From Vezdaea acicularis (Eukaryota): a stretch of DNA of 64,000 nucleotides. A program made the position numbers and the translations under genes. Of the stretch, positions 61,512 through 64,000 are shown in pieces; within the stretch, counting starts at the first letter, position 1, and each line of letters begins with the position of its first letter. The notes under the pieces are model-generated. The model was not told the DNA's origin. It saw only the letters and a list, made by a program, of their open reading frames with translations, and ran no database searches. The stretch spans positions 1-64,000 of the forward strand of contig JAPEUI010000073.1 of assembly GCA_026025075.1 (NCBI GenBank). Direction: 5' to 3'.

Positions 61512-64000
61512 ATGTGGGCATTGCTATCTTCACCCCTTACGGCGTGCCACGGCTATGCCTCGCTGGCCGACGGCCTCGTGCCCGCTTGCTTGGCCGCTCT
61601 GACGTTGCTATGTGCAGGAAATTCGGAAAACACCTTCAGAAGCGACAGCTGGACATCCCGGAGTATGGGGCCAGCTTCGTGAACTACAAGGCGCTCAAGA
61701 AGGTTCCGTCCCCCTTCCCCGACTGGGCCAACTCTTCTGCGCGGCTCCCCGACTGACTGCAGACCCAGCTCATCAAGAAGCTGAGTGCAACTCCCGTCTT
61801 GAAGGCCCAGAACAACACCAGCGAGCCCACCGATGTTCTTGACCCGCAAGCCTCGCTCCAGGCCAATAAGGCCACCTTCTTCTTCCGACTCGTGAGTGCT
61901 CCCTGGCTCTGTATGAATCACTTTACGAAAGGCCCTCTCACGCCTCCCTAGGAACGAGAATTGGAGAAAGTGAACGCCTTCTACCTCCAAAAGGAGGCGG
62001 AGGTATGCCCTCTCCGATTGCTTTGTGTTCGTCACAACCGTCAATTGACCCCCTTTAGCTTCAAGTTCGTCTCAGAACGCTGCTTGATAAGAAGAGAATG
62101 ATGCAATCACGACAAGAGACAACTTCCAAGGTCTCCTCGACTTTCATCACGCTCGAAGAAGGCTTTCAACAATTCAACAACGACTTGAACAAGCTTCAGG
62201 TGGGTTCCGTCCGCCAAGCGCTGCAAGACTACGCACTGATTCGCACAGCAATTCGTCGAGGTCAACGCGACTGCTTTCTCGAAGATTCTGAAAAAGGTTG
62301 GTCGAAGAATCGAGAGCCATTCTGACTATGCTGACCATTTTCAAGTGGGACAAAACCTCCAAGGTCGGCAATGCGGTCGTGTTTGCCTGGCAGCTTCGGC
62401 TGACTCCTCTCCTAGTCCCGAACCAAAGAGCTCTACCTCTCTCGTGCCGTCGACGTGCAGCCTTGCTTTAATCGGGATGTCATCAGCGAGCTCTCAGACC
62501 AGGCGACGACCAGCCTCTTGGAATTAGGGGCATGGGCTGAGGGAGAAAAGGTGAACTTCGGAGCGCGCTCAGCTGATCACACTGTAACCAGCCAGCGAAT
62601 CGGGACCGAAGAAAATGACACAGACTCCCATCTGCTGGATGCGATCAATTCAGGAAACCTTTCTACCGTACAGGATTGGATTCGAAGGCTGAGGGAGTCA
62701 CCAAACGCAAAAGAGCGCGTTACGAGGACTTTCCTGACGACGATCAATGAAGCACCGGAAGACACGCTAGATTTGCTACTTGCAACAGACCTTGTAGACA
62801 TACAATCGGAAGACGAGATAAACGAGAGGAATGTCCTCCACGAGGCGGCCATCTCTGGGCGCATGTTCCTCTTGAGGACAGCCCTCTCGAAGGGCGTTAA
62901 AGCCTCAAGGGTTGATGTGTATGGCCGTATCCCTCTCCACTATGCCTGCATGCATGGAAGAGTCGACATGTTGCAGACTCTGGTCGAATCGGACCCGCAG
63001 ACTGTCAACATGATGGACCACGATAATTTCACACCACTCATACACGCCGTCGTACATCACCAACTCAGCTGCGTCCAGCGATTGATTTCCTTTCATGCGA
63101 AAGTAGATCCCAACTCCGATTCCGATCACATCCCGTTGAACCTTGCCTGTCAGCACGGGTGTACATCAATCACAGAGGTCCTACTAAAGGAGGGGGCAAA
63201 GGTTCTTCCAGATGCCGAAGGCCTTTACCCACAACATCTCGTTGCTCGTTCGGGCAAGACCCCTGAGCTCCTTTTGGTCTTGAAGGGCTACGGTGTAAAC
63301 CTGAACGAGATAGATAAGATGAATCAGTGGACACCTTTGTTTCATGCGTCAAGTGAAGGTCATGTAGCTTGTTTGCAGACTCTTTTAGACAATGGAGCAA
63401 GGGTGGATATACTGGATGAGAAGGGGCTTTCGGCAATGTACTACGCTGCCTGGGAGGGTTACCTCGAGTGTATGAGATTATTAGGTATTGCTGGAGCCAA
63501 ACCAGATCCTGCACGATTGCCCCTTTCTGCAACTCTGATGCCCACGAGTGTCACACCTGAGCCGATGAGTTTGGAGGCGGATAGCATCCCTAATCTCGTA
63601 CTCCCTCCCCCGATACTTCCTCTCCGACGATACGGACACAACTTCCTGGACAACAAGACCTTTGTTCAAATCAATTTCGAAGGCATGGGCTCAGACCCGA
63701 TTATCTTCTACCACGACAGCAAATATCCCGCCGCTCGTCTCACCATATCTTCTAAACATTCAGACCTCATCCCCCGCAACGTTCTCCTCCCCTTCCAAGA
63801 AGATACGAAAATCATCTCCTTCCAGATCGACAACCTCGAATCGTTCGCCATCGACTTCGACGTCTTTCCTACCTTCGGTGCTCGTGTCATCGCGAAGACG
63901 GTCGCCCTTCCGAGCATCTTCTCTGCCCTGACAAGCAGCTCAGGATACTGCTGCCTGCCCCTTTTCGACCCACGCTTGCGTGCCATTGGCCAGGTCAGCT
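61512..64000 (+). CDS. PHO81: SPX-ankyrin CDK inhibitor Pho81/NUC-2 (5' part; runs off the window)
   Basis: SPX motifs KFGK, NYKALKKLIK, FFFRLERELEKVN, FSKILKKWDK; ankyrin repeats; LPLRRYGHNFLD; 18-nt micro-exon 62346-62363. Confidence 0.93.

Overview
Gene-dense genomic DNA of a filamentous ascomycete (Pezizomycotina-like: short spliceosomal introns with GTRAGT donors and CTRAC branch sites; the class cannot be fixed from sequence alone). About 31 protein genes can be modelled, mostly housekeeping: RNR1, IPI1, roadblock and Tctex-1 dynein light chains, DJ-1, POP1, a ZCCHC10-like RS protein, cwf18, TAF13, eIF3f, UTP25, ARD1, AHC1, an Alba-like protein, VTC1, LST8, CEX1, ALG14, a NIPA-type transporter, AGX1, CRM1 and the 5' part of PHO81/nuc-2. 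I found no tRNA, rRNA, CRISPR array or intact transposon. The strongest unusual signal is the zinc-knuckle/RS gene at 11742-12818. Its CX2CX4HX4C knuckle is restored only by removing a 50-nt AT-AC intron (ATAAGT...TTAC) in a lineage thought to lack the minor spliceosome. Its second intron is GC-AG, and a competing GT-AG splice would give a knuckle-broken isoform. Other notable items: a 43-bp near-perfect palindrome (35716-35758), a nested ~194-bp tandem repeat (29393-29824), a PTS2-bearing N-terminal extension on AGX1, and a PHO81 start codon apparently split by an intron. All gene models were built by eye and no database searches were run.
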